Positions 38,490 through 50,353 of a stretch of DNA of 58,835 bases are shown one piece after another. A program made the translations under genes and the position numbers. Every line of letters begins with the position of its first letter. Position 1 is the stretch's first letter. The stretch spans positions 1 to 58,835 of the forward strand of contig JAHBMJ010000038.1 of the NCBI GenBank assembly GCA_018398765.1, in the 5' to 3' direction. Source of the stretch: Chromera velia (Eukaryota). The notes below the pieces were generated by a model that was given only the letters and a program-made list of their open reading frames with translations, was not told the DNA's origin and made no database searches.

Positions 38490-39243
38490 AAGAAAGAAAG
38501 AGAGAAAGAGAGAAAGAGAGAGAGACGCGGCCTCTTCTGGGATGCCAAGCCCATCTATAATTGTACCGACAAAGACAGACGGGAAGGAGGGGGGACTCAC
38601 TGTCATAGTGTTGGTGAGCTCAGCCTGCTGAATCGATGTCAAAAAAATCCACAGAGGTTTCAGCACTCCTGGCATCACCGTTTCCAATGCCTCGCCTTGC
38701 AGCCTGTTGCGCCATGCCTTCATATTCTCCGCCTTGAACTCAAAATCTGTCAAAGTGGTCGTCGTTACGCCCAGGTCGGTGTATTGAACGTACTGCAAAC
38801 CATAAACAGGGAGGGGGGAAAATGTCAAAAACACTTCGGATCGATGTGCTTCAACGAACGGAATTCTTTTGACCTGATAAGCCTTCTACAGCCAGTCTTA
38901 GAGAAACGGTTCCTCCTCGAAGGTCTTCAGGATGGCTCGATGGACTTGCATTCTCAACGGAGTCTCATATACATCGTAGTGCAGGGTCCCCGCATCAAAA
39001 GGAGCAAAACAGCAGAACGCAATAAATTCTTTCACGGAGGTTGATTCTCCAACCAAATCTACTGCTTTGCTCTGCATGGAATCTAACTCGCTCTTTCTAT
39101 ACTCCGCCACAGCACCGGCAGACAACGGAGGGGCACAACCCCGGGCAGGCTGGAGACTCTCATCGATCCTTGCTGCTGCCGCCGCAGCTTCAGAAACCGT
39201 TGGAGAGGCAGACTCTGAAGCGGGAGGAGAGTCGGTCATCATG
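36993..39243 (-). pseudogene. Intron-containing accessory (TnpA-like position) gene of the CACTA element, with premature stops
   Basis: Protein-like exons at ~39243-38835, ~38793-38601, ~38349-38069 and ~37461-36993, separated by GT-AG microsatellite introns. In-frame TAA/TAG codons at ~38900 and ~38180. Confidence 0.65.
37636..37915. repeat. (CA)n microsatellite
   Basis: Visible. Confidence 0.95.
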
Positions 39244-39779
39244 CCCGAAAGAAAATTTTGGTTATGCCCACGGCTCATTCTCCGTTCCCTTCGATTCAGT
39301 GGGCGTTCTTTCTAAAAAAAGAGGGGCATGAGATCGTAACACTGTCAAAAAGAAGGATGTGTGCTCACTTTGTTGAGTTGTTATCGCTTTGGTGTCCGGC
39401 CTCCAAACGGCAAGTAGGCATGGGCTGTGCCTGTGAAATTTTCTGGCACTGCCCATGCCTCGGCCGAATTGGCGGCACGCGGTATGCCGCGAAGTATGAC
39501 CCCCGCGCACGCTCATAGTGCAGTCTTGAAAGAACCGCGCCACAGGCGCGGCCAGCATTGAAAAATCCATTTCAAGACAGACTAGAGTGTCAGGGAGGTT
39601 TTTTGGAAGGTTTTAATTGAGCTTAATTGACATTGGATGGGTCCGACCCGCCCGCCCGCCAGGGCGCGCCACGGGCGGGGGGCGGGGCGAGCGTGCCGTA
39701 CGCACGCGCCCCTCCGAATCCCCTCCGAAGCACGTGTGTGGCATGCCAGGGCCCGCATAATTCAGAGCTGCATGCATGC

Positions 39780-42700
39780 ATGTGTTGTTTTGTATGTGTT
39801 TCTCTAGCTCACCTCATCACTGGTGGCATTTTAAATTCAGTTGCAATCAGAGTCGGTTTGTTGGGCAGCAAAGAAGTAATTGGAAGTGCAAAAAAGATGC
39901 CTCCACAAACTTTTACCAAAAAGGCGTGGACATCTTTAGAGAAAAAAGATGGAGGAAACTGAGAGCTAGTTTATCAGGCACAGCAATGAGAACCCGGTTA
40001 ACTTTGAGAGGTTCTTGTAGGCATGCACTGCTTCTTAAACAGGCAGGGAGACGCATTTCTGCCGACTGGAGCCCCTCGGGCCCCGGCCCCCTTGTGCAGT
40101 CTTCCACAGGGGGGATGGTCGAGCCCTTTTTGTCCCTGTTGTTGCGAAACTGGATGGTCGTTTGAATCTCGATACAGATCTCTCGCATGCAGGTGACCAT
40201 GCACCGGATATTTCTTTTTTTCCCGTGTCGAGGCAAAGACCATCGATGCTGTCGAAGCCGTATGTGTAGGAATATGGAGAGAGGGGGGTTGGTTTGTTGT
40301 TGACGTGGGTTTAAAGGTAATCCACGGGATATATACATGGTGTTGCAGGAGGAGGCGCTCCCTGAACCCAACTTCGTTCAAGAATAGCTATAGGCCACAG
40401 GAGGGGGTAGATTTGTCAGGGACCCTGCCAAGGCACCCTGAACAGGATTGTCTAGTAAAAAAAACGGACTCTGTGTTAGTTGGTGTGTACACACAGAACC
40501 CCTAGCTCTATTCCCCTTCTTTAATTGGACGTCTCCAATGCAGAACCCTAACAGGCCCAGAGCCCATCGTAGGGAAGAAGAACTTTAGTGGGAGATGGAA
40601 GGGGGGTTCCAGAAATTTAGTCGTCTCTTTGCGAGTCCACGGCTGCTGGTAGACACTCTTTCCAGAATCTCGATGACTCTCTCTCACCATCTGCTTCATA
40701 CCTCCAGAATCAGAAGAACTCCTTCTTTAATGTCACTGCATGTCGCAGACTGTCAGAACTCAACTCACATTGGAGGTGGTCCCTCCAGACAGTAATCAGT
40801 ACTGATCAGTGCTTCCTAGTTTGTTTGTGGCGCTCGAGTAAGACTGTTGTAGTCAGGCTTTGAGATGCTAATCGTAGACGTTCCATGCACATTTGGAGAT
40901 AAGCTGATATTTCGGGGTGCACTTCAGGTGGCTATGACGTGGATCATTGAACTGGGTGGGTTTTTTGTCAGAACAGCCTCTACACAAGCGAGTTTGCTAA
41001 TCCATGTATTGTTTGCTCTGTATGGGACAATCAAACCCTCTTGTTCTCTCTGAAACTGTAGACGTGGAGCAGGGAGGAGACGGCGAGTCTAGGTCCTTAT
41101 GGGTTTTGCCATGCGAAGCCTTCAGGCATGGAAGGTCAGCCTTCAGGCACGGAAGGTCAGTCCGACCTGACCAGCCTCTCCTGCTGTGCTGGTGCCCTCT
41201 TTTTTCTTTTCCCCATACCACTTACCCCCTCTTTTTCCGCACTTGATGTGTGCAGGTGTCTGAATGTAGCGAACTGCGGATATTTTCACGACGCCTGGGT
41301 TCTGACATGCAGCAGGGTCGGTCAGCTAGTCGGTCAGCCATGTAGCTTCATACCATTGATCAGGGTATATAGTGGAAAGATGTGCTGACGAGGGTAGCCC
41401 ACTTTTGTTCGTATGCTGCCTTGTCAAGATCGTTTCTTCAGTCTGCCTGTCTCCCTCGGACGAACATGGACGCGTCATCAGGCATGAGGGTCAAGAGGAT
41501 GCATGAGTGTTTCAGCAAGCATTATGTGGCTATCCAAATCAATGAAAATGTTTGCGTATATGCAGATGAACCTCTGTCTAGCCGTTTCGAGGGGTGACTT
41601 CTATAGAAAACGACAGTGCAAGTGGTCTCACGAGCCCAAGCACCACCCCTGTCTCCATTTCCATGCCTTTGGTGGGTTTCGTTGACGATACCTCTCTCCG
41701 GACATTGTTCCTATTTCGCTTCAATTCCGTTTCAGTGCTCTCGTGCGCCCATTGTTCCGTGTCTGCTTCTCAACTCCACATGTCTCTACCGCAGAAGTAC
41801 ACTATGCTGCTGTCGCATGATTCTTGGTGTTACTGCCTATGTGCAAGAAGCTGCTCACATCCTCAGTGCCCTCTGTCACACGAGCCCATGGTGGAATTTT
41901 TGCACCTTAAGCTCTTTGTAAACTGAAACAGGAAATATCTGATATATGCTAATTTTGAAAAAGAGTAAGAGGTATGGTGACATCTCTGGAGCTTGGTGGC
42001 TTGCTTTATTAGAATAGCTGGAAGGGGAGTTGAAGGTGTAGAAGAAGGCGTTTTGTGTGTATGAGGATGAAACTCCCAGAGCAAAGCAGGAGCTTTTGAC
42101 AGGGACAGATACGAAAGAGGCAGGGCCAGCAGAGGGAAGAGATAAAGACGAAGGAGACAAGAAATCCTCCTCGGGGAAGGATCAGGAGCGTGACAAAGTG
42201 GGAGAAAAAGTGGAGGAAGGAGAGATAAGAGATGAAGGGGAGGGTCATAGTGGGGGACCAGACTTCCGATTGCAAGTGAGTCTCTCAGCTAAGTTGCGGA
42301 GGGGGTCTCGCTGTAGATTGTCACCGCTTTGCCCTTGCACGTACTTGATGGTTCTCATTTTCTCTTTGAATTCGCATTGCTTGCGGGTCATCGAAAGAGA
42401 AGGGAGCGGTGCAGACACTTTTATTGAATTCTGTCTCCTGTACCTGTCTGCCTGCCTTGCCTGTAGGAATCCTGGGCTTGTGAAGGGCCTCAGCAGACAT
42501 CGGGTGAAGTGGAAGAGCCTCGTTCAAGCACAGCCGTCTCTACGTCTGGTGCCACGTTGCTTTGGCAGGGGCGTCCGCCATTCTCTTTACTTCCAATTTT
42601 GCTTGTGTATGTGTATGTGTATGTGTGTGTATGTGTGTGTATGTGTGTGTGTGTGTGTATATGTATGGTATGGCCCTCGCGGCCCTTCTTTTCAGGGTAA

Positions 42701-43547
42701 CCACGGGGAGGCTGTGGTATTCGGGCTTTTTAAAATCCTGCATGTTGTATCTTGGAGGCCTTTGAGGCCTCTCTTGGCTTTTTCTTCTTCGCCAGCTGCA
42801 TTTTGTTGACAAAAGACCTCATTGTTTTTGTTCTTGCTGGTGGAGTTCAACTGGGGGAGGGGGGGGCAAGAATTTAATTCTAAGGAAATTTAGGAGACTC
42901 TTTAGGAAATTTTTGATGGAAAGGGGTCTTCAAATGAGGTCGTTTTTGCTCTCAAAAAGGGGGTGGCAAGTGAAGTACGTCGATTGTTCTCGTTCTTTTC
43001 TCTTTTCCGCTTCTGGTCATATAGTTTTTTGACCAGGGTGCCCAACTGTGCGAAGACGCTTTGAGGCAGCAGATTGGTAGGCCTTGCCACAACCCTGTCG
43101 GTGGTCCCGGACCGTTTCTGAGAAGGGGGCATAATGTACGTACAGTCATGGGTTTTCGCTGTCTTTATCTGCCTGGGCATGTGCAGGGTCCAATCTACTG
43201 GCACTCTAGGAGGGCCCCAAAACCCCTTGGCAGACCCCTTCATGTGCAAGTAACACTGCAAGGCGGTGCAGTTTCTCTAACATTCGGGGCTACAGGATAG
43301 GTTGCTGGCATAGGTACATGCATGCAGGTATATAGGAGAGTGATATAGCTGCATGTGTATTTGAGATCACATGAAGATGAGTGAGTAACCTGATGTTTCT
43401 TGCTTGATCCTGAAATGATGCCTTTCTGGTTACTTTATGCAGGCAGCTGTCCAACTTAAGTTCTATCCATTGAAGGGCAAAGTTATGAAATCCTGTATCT
43501 CATACATAGGATTCTTTTGTCGAATATTCCAAAAAGTTATTTTATAC

Positions 43548-43593
<46 letters not shown>

Positions 43594-43606
43594 ATGTGTG
43601 TGTGTA

Positions 43607-43651
<45 letters not shown>

Positions 43652-46600
43652 TGTATGCAGGAATGGCTAAGCTGTCAATGGAGACACTTTGCAGGCATGT
43701 GAACAGTACGTTGGATATCGTTGGATCCTTTGTCAATGCGTGTGAAGCAAAAGGGTACACGTTCACCAATGGGTCTGGGCTGAGAGGGAAAGAAGATGTC
43801 CTAAGGGGAACCTACATGCAGCTCAGAAAGATCATCGCAGAGTTGGAGGGAACAGATGGGGAAAAAAAGGTCTGTCGCGTCTTTGATCTCAATTAAGTTG
43901 CGATCACTTTCTCCTTTCTTTACTTTTTTCCTATCCATCTACCTGTCTCATTCGTTAAATTTCCCTTCTTCTTCGTGGTCTACTTGCGTTCCTTCCATCG
44001 TTTCGCTTCCAATCTTTTCTCTTTTTCTTCCGTACATCTCGAATAAACAAGTCGTCAGATTTTCTGGTCCCTTTCCTGAGATAGATACTCACCTTGATGA
44101 CTCAACGAATCAACCCAGAGGGCCAGAGGGCAGGCACTAACTCGATGAATCAACCCTGTTTCAGAAAGAGAATTCTTTCTTTCTTACCGAACGCCTTCTG
44201 CCCGGCCTTCGGACATTCACCTCCTCCTTTTCCTGCGATTTCATCATCTTGGTTCATTCTTTACTTCCTTCTTTCCTTCCTTCCTTCCTGCCTGCCTGCC
44301 TGCCTGCCCGCCTACCAGGCCCTGCCTATCTCCGTTCCATCTCCCTTCCAGCGGTTTACTATTTCTTTGATCCTGCCTGTTTGCCTGTCTGTCTGCCTGG
44401 CCCCTCCTGTACCTTTCTTCCTCTCTACCCTTTTTTGTCATTCCCCCTCCCAAAATTCCTATCACATACCAAAATTCCTCCATATCTCCTTTGCTTCCCA
44501 CAATGTTCCGTCTTTTTCCATCTTTTTTTTTATCTGCATGGTTTTATTTGTTTTTGTTTTTTGCTTTTCTGTCCGTCTATCCCTATGATTGTCTCCGCTT
44601 TTGTCTTCATAAATTTACCAGCCGGGTTGTCTGCACAATTCATGTGTAACTAGATCTTCTTCGCTCCCCTTTCTTCATTTATCTGCTTTCTTTAATATTC
44701 TTTTCCGCCGATGGGGTGAAAACGATTCTGTACTCCATCAATCACAAAGGAAACGTAGACAACAAGAAGCTCACTGCCTCCTATTGGAACCAAGGCTGTG
44801 ATGCAGATCTCCTCCTCTGCATATATGAGACATGGGGTCTCCAAGTTTACTGCACAAATCCAACGTGCCCCTGGATGGAGAAGGCTGTCCCTTTTTGTTT
44901 CAATGGAAAGACTCTTGTATATCAACCTATGGACGTCGCCTCAATTTTTTTTTAACCCGTCGCCGTGTCAGTGTAATCAGCAAAAGATGCCAAAGGATGG
45001 AAAGAAGCCCAAAGAGGCACTTATCAAGTATTTTGTCATGAAGGAGGTCAATCACAGTGCTAAATCAGTCATTGATTCATACAAATCGTCTGTTCGTTTA
45101 TTCCCTGTTTGTATTCGATTCAAAGAGAAGATCGGAAAACTTTAAGGCTTCAAAGAAGAAAGGAAGCCTAGATTCCCCCCAATGCTCTTCTGGTTCCTGG
45201 ACTAGGTTTTTTCATTCATTTGGGTGCTCAATGGCCTCGTTCACGTATGTCAGATGCAACATTCGATCAGCTCTCATATTCTTGACCCTAGGCTCAACCA
45301 ACCTTAAATAAGTAAGTAATTCTTGTGGATTTACCTTCTTGCAGATACTTCTTACCCTTCCCAAAACATCTGCTTCTTGTGGATTTACCTGTCCTTCTTT
45401 CTCTCTTGCTGCCTTCTTTCTTTTCTTCCTTCCTTCCCTCCTTTCTTTCTTTCTTTCTTTAATTCTTTCTTTCTTTTTTTCTTCCTTCCTTTTGTTTTGT
45501 CTCTCTCCTAGTCTCTTTCTCTCACTCTCTAAACTCTCTTGCTATTGCTCAAAATTTGCGCGTGTGTCTTTTTACCGCTCCTGTATATGTTTCTCCTGCC
45601 CTCTTATCACACTTGTGTGCAGCCTTTGGAGATCTCAGACTGGGTGCCTGATGGGAGACGGCTGCCCAAAGTAACGGCAGTCAGCCTCCCTCCTGCGTGG
45701 GGGCCCCGCTAGTCATCGTCTGGAGATACCTCTGGTCAGTTCAATATTCATAGGTGGATTTATATAATTCTGTCTCTACTTCTTCTTTTTTTCCTTTCTT
45801 TTTTTTTATGTGCAATTTAATGTTACACTAGCCCTGTCGATGCATGCCTTGCGTAATACTATGCTTGCGTGGGCCTGATCAAATTTTTGAGTGAACCTTG
45901 ATATCATGAAGTACCCCATTATATCAGACTTCGTTCACTTGCCTAGTTACTTACATTAAGCTGCGGTGGCTGTTGCTTGTCATACAATGCTGTTTACATG
46001 AGGTACATTGAGAAATCATATACAGACTTTTGAGGCATTTCTCTGTTCAGTTTCCGTCTCAATTTTTTGGGTGTTTCGCTGTTCGATGCAGAAGACACGA
46101 AGAAGATAGACAGAGGGCATTTGGCACCTCACCCTTTCTGTTTTGAATTGTACAGGCTCTGTCCATACATGCAGGCCTCTCACATTTTTGACAGGAGTTC
46201 TAAGAAGAAGGAAGATTCAACCGTGCCAGAGGCCCTGAAGAGCCTCTTGTCAGCAGGCTGAGTCTCCGGAGTCTGTTGGTATCATAGCGACAAAGGCACA
46301 ATTGCTGTTCACGTGCTGAGAACACCATGCACTCGGCAGATGTTTTGCATGTTGTGCTGACACCTAAGAAGGATGACGAAGAAAGGACAGGGGAAGAACA
46401 AGTGATGGAGGAGGGGCAAAGGATTGAGAGTGGAGGAGCGGTGAAGGAAGGGGCCGCGGGCCACGTAGATGCCCAAGACCTGGAGGGAGGGATTCTTTGA
46501 GTATGTTTATGAGCAGGGAGAGAGGGGGGTTCCTTTAAATATGACATAGTTCAGATCTTTCTTTAAGTCGAATCTTCAGAAAGATTTTTCTATGAATTTT

Positions 46601-47710
46601 GAGGCTTTTCAGAAAGTTGTCGTTCCTGTTCAGACACTTAAGGGGCAGGAGGTATAAGGCCCCGATTCCTGGCCTCAGGCTACGAATAGAATGTTCTCTT
46701 TACCTCTTTTTACTCTCTCTTATTCGGAGGAGTATACTAGAAGTCACGGAAGGTCGCACACGCGTAACGTTTTTCCTGACACATTCTCAGACGTTAACAA
46801 AGTGATGGAAGAGGTGAGAAGGGTCGTACAGGAAGAGCTGGGAAAGAATAAAAAATATGAGGAGGCAATCAAAATACTGGGGTGACAGAGATGATAAGGA
46901 GGAAGGGGGAGATAAGGAGCCCATGGCTGTTTCATTTCCTCCAGAGCAGAGTTCTCCTTATCCGGCCGTCGGACTAGGTCTGCGGTTTGGGGGCAGCGAT
47001 GCTGGGAGTAACGTCGTATGATATTCGGACGACTGCCCAGTTGAAGGACCTGCCAGTGGGTATCCCTCCCTCTAGGGGGAACCATGGGACCCTTGTACAG
47101 ACAGATGCAGGGCAGGTCGTTTGCGTTGCTCCTTGATACGCGTTTGCCTTCGATGGTGCAGGGTATGTGACGGTAAGGGGAATCAAGTCGTTCCGCATCA
47201 CTTTCGTTGTATCTGGGAAAGTGGTGATTCACAGTGCCTGGAAGGAGTGGCGCTGGGTATATAATGGCGGTAGATGATACGCAGCCTGGGGAGGAAGGGG
47301 CTAGGGAGGGGGCACAGCTCAGAGTTTCTTTGAAAAGTCTGTTTCTTGCAAGAATTGAAATTAGACAGAGTTGTGAGAAAGAATTCAAACACACGCAGCA
47401 TAAACATGCGAGAACCGGTGACTATGGGTAGGGTTATTTGGGGAACGATCGGCGTCATTTCAACCATAACAGGCTTATTCAGAGCCACCTAGACTGCAGT
47501 TGACTGGGTGAAGCTCATTTTTTCTTGAGGGCTCAGGAGGAACTCTTCCTCTTACTGGGCACAGCGCTTCTACAGGCAGCAGTTGTAAGTATGAGAATGA
47601 TCAAATCGGCTTGCTATATGCGGGCAAAGTTTGCTGGACACGTCAGAGCCTTGCGAAGGTGGCAGTGGTTCTTGCTGAAAGAGGAGGAAAAGATGTGGTC
47701 GCTGCATTAG
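39780..47710 (+). pseudogene. Unidentified decayed coding-like region, probably a large degenerate mobile element
   Basis: Many short protein-like plus-strand segments broken by stops and frameshifts (e.g. 42057-42275, 43663-43870, 44716-45145, 46067-47430), interleaved with microsatellite intron-like blocks. No intact ORF. Confidence 0.45.
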
Positions 47711-48219
47711 AAACGATGGAATCTAAGGAAACCAAAACGCCTAACGACACTAAAACGGCAAAAGTATAATGCACGTTTTACTATTACGGTCCTTAGTAGT
47801 AGTAGGGTTCTAGTCTAGGTTTTAGTGTACGTTTTTGCTTTACAGTAAACTAGTAATAATTAGTAATAATTAGACTAGTTTCATCTCACATGACGTATAT
47901 ATGCAAAGTTATATTGCTAAATGACTGTAGAATTAGACTAAAGAGGAAATCATTGACGACAGTGCTCTAGGGTACCACTAAATCACTATCATTATCAGTA
48001 TGTATGCACTATGCGGCAGTGTTTAAAAACATGTAAATTATATAATTATTTTTTTTTTATTTTTTTTTTTTTCATATTTTTTGACAAACCTAGTGACAAA
48101 CAAGTTTGAAACAACTCTCATTCAAGTGTTGTTAGCCTATTAAAGTGTTCAAGTTTAAAATTTGAAAGATGTTAAAATATTATGCTAGTAGTTGTATATG
48201 ATTGTTCAATAATTGTTCT

Positions 48220-49894
48220 TGTTGTATACAGGGAGTAAGCGGTTGCTATAGATGTACAGAGAATATATAGGTGTACCCGATTCTATGGACTATCAGTTCA
48301 GGCTAGAGGAAACAGACCGCTTCATGAGGCTAGAGAGGAATGAATGGATACATTTCGCCTCCGTAAATGGAAATAGATGCTATGGCCCCCATCCGTACAG
48401 GCACGAACGGGACAGCCAGGACGGACATGCTGAGACCAACGCAAGGTCCATGCGAGACGCAATACAGCAGCACGTAACATAGATTCCCTTTTCTTCTGAT
48501 TAGTCCTCCTCTCTGTATCTAACGTAAATGTTGATACACTCAAGTCATGCAGACGAAGCAACAAGGCCATTTATGACATCAAAATAAAGGCGGTGGGCCA
48601 TTGTACCCTCCCCCTACCCTCTCCACTCCTTCTTAACCACCAGCCAGCGGGGTGAGCGGAAACGCCTTCCATTTGCAAGTGTGAGAGGAAATGAGAGAAA
48701 AGAGATACAGTGACGGCAAAAACAAGGACATGCTTGCACGTTGTACCCATTCAGGTATATGGAGGTACGTCCAGGAGCAAGGATAACAGAGAAAAGAGGA
48801 GCATCGAGTGTCCAAAGGGAGACAATCCAGAGAGACAGACAGAGTGTCATGTGCTTCTTCTTTTCTTTTTACTCTCCTCCGCCAATCTAAATGAAAGAGC
48901 AAACGTTGCCACGATCAGATAGGGCAACAAGGCAAATGATCGAAATAGGACTGGTATATGCCACCACCTCACGTTTCTTTCTAGCCAACAAAAAAAAGAG
49001 ACAAATGATGCGTTTCGCTTAATTTTCTGGAATTGCCAGAGGAGGAATGGCATGTACAGACACAAACAATACCCAACAAGACCAAAAAGAAGCCTGCCTG
49101 TCACGGACAAACACAAAAAGATTTACTTGGTGGAAGGAGGCACATCTGATTCATTGCAGAGAAAAATCTTGTTGGTCTGGTCGGAGATGGAGAAGTTGTC
49201 AAAGTGATCAAGAATGCCAGTCATATTTGTGGCCAAAATCTTCAAGCAATGCCAGACAGGTCCTCCGAGTGGTTGTCAGTGGTGGATGTCGACCAGAACC
49301 AGTTGGTCAAAAGGCACAAACCCACGTCTGGCTCATTCAGATTGATCCACATCGGAAAGGACAAAGACAGACAAGAGGCAATTACAGGAACAGATGGAGA
49401 TGGTAGGCTAAAGTCTCAATGGCAAAATCATCCTCAGTGCTTGCCCTACTCCCCTTTGCGACATCAAGAATAGGAGGACCAAATTTTAGCAGTGGCTAGC
49501 GATGGTGGAAACACAAAAAAAAGGCTCAAGCAGGTCTGAAAAAAAATCATACCAACAGCCTCCCTGAGGTATGAAGACAAAACCAAAAGATTCAGACTTT
49601 ATTTCCGTGGATCGATTTCAAGCTCTGGTTACCATGTTGTATACAGGGAGTAAGCGGTTGCTATAGATGTACAGAGAATATATAAGTGCACTCGAGTCCA
49701 TAGACTGTCAGTTCAGGCTAGAGGAAACAGACCGCTTCATGAGGCCAGAGAGGAATGAATGGATACATTTCGCCTCTGCAAACGGAAATAAATACCGTGG
49801 CCCCCACCCGTACAGGCACGAAGGGAACAGCCAGGACGGACATGCCGAGACCAACACAAGGTCCATGCGAGACGCAATACAGCGGCACGCAACA
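48220..49894 (-). mobile_element. Non-autonomous LTR retroelement (TRIM-like), 1675 bp
   Basis: 260-bp LTRs at 48220-48479 and 49635-49894 (TGTTG...(C/T)AACA). 5-bp TSD GTTCT at 48215-48219 and 49895-49899. On the minus strand, PBS TGGTAACCAGAGC at 49634-49622 and a purine tract AGAAGAAAAGGGAA next to 48480. No intact gag/pol. Confidence 0.92.
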
Positions 49895-50353
49895 GTTCTT
49901 TACATCCTGTAAAGACTCCGCCAAAGGGTATCAACTTAAATGACAACTTTACTATATATCAAGGAATATGATAACGAAAAGCAACTTTTGTACGTTGAGA
50001 TATTGTTATTAAACGGCTGCCGGGTATTGTAAGACTGTTATTCACATGCCTGCGAGTGTTGCTTTAAAAATAATTCAGATATTCTTTTTATTCCAGAAAC
50101 TTAATTAATATGTAATTAGTGTACAAACTTAAAGTTGTATTCCTGTGCATATAACTAGGCATACAAACACTCTACTAGTGGTCTAGCTAGTGGTAAAGCT
50201 CAAAGATTTCAAATCTGAACACCCTAGTGAACACCAATGATTAGCTTAAATAGCTTTACATAAGGTGCGGCGCAATGGTCACGGGTCCGACTCACGGTGC
50301 CAAGGGGGGTCGGTTGAAATTATGTGGTTTCTGGTTTGCATGGCTGAATCAGC

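Larger units (their letters stand above)
32077..39520 (+). mobile_element. CACTA/EnSpm (CMC superfamily) DNA transposon, 7444 bp, decayed
   Basis: Ends CACTATGAGCG...CGCTCATAGTG with an imperfect TIR of ~48 bp. CA is duplicated at 32075-32076 and 39521-39522. Carries a transposase and a convergent second gene. Confidence 0.9.
31920..39600. mobile_element. ~235-bp MITE (20-bp TIR, 8-bp TSD TTTTGGAA) split by the CACTA insertion
   Basis: aacccccctgacactcgagt (31920-31939) matches the reverse complement of 39581-39600 (aacctccctgacactctagt) at 18/20. TTTTGGAA lies at 31912-31919 and 39601-39608. Internal ~31-bp cttgaa..ccgcgc...ggcgcggcc units continue across the insertion. Confidence 0.8.

Noticed and set aside
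48252..48482. Duplicated ORF (also 49667-49912) with an integrase-like QDGHAETN motif
   Set aside because: Both copies lie wholly within the LTRs and antisense to the element, so the resemblance is probably chance.
39638..50290. gggtccgac at ~39638 and ~50283 as ends of a giant element
   Set aside because: Only a 9-bp direct match with no TSD or extended similarity.
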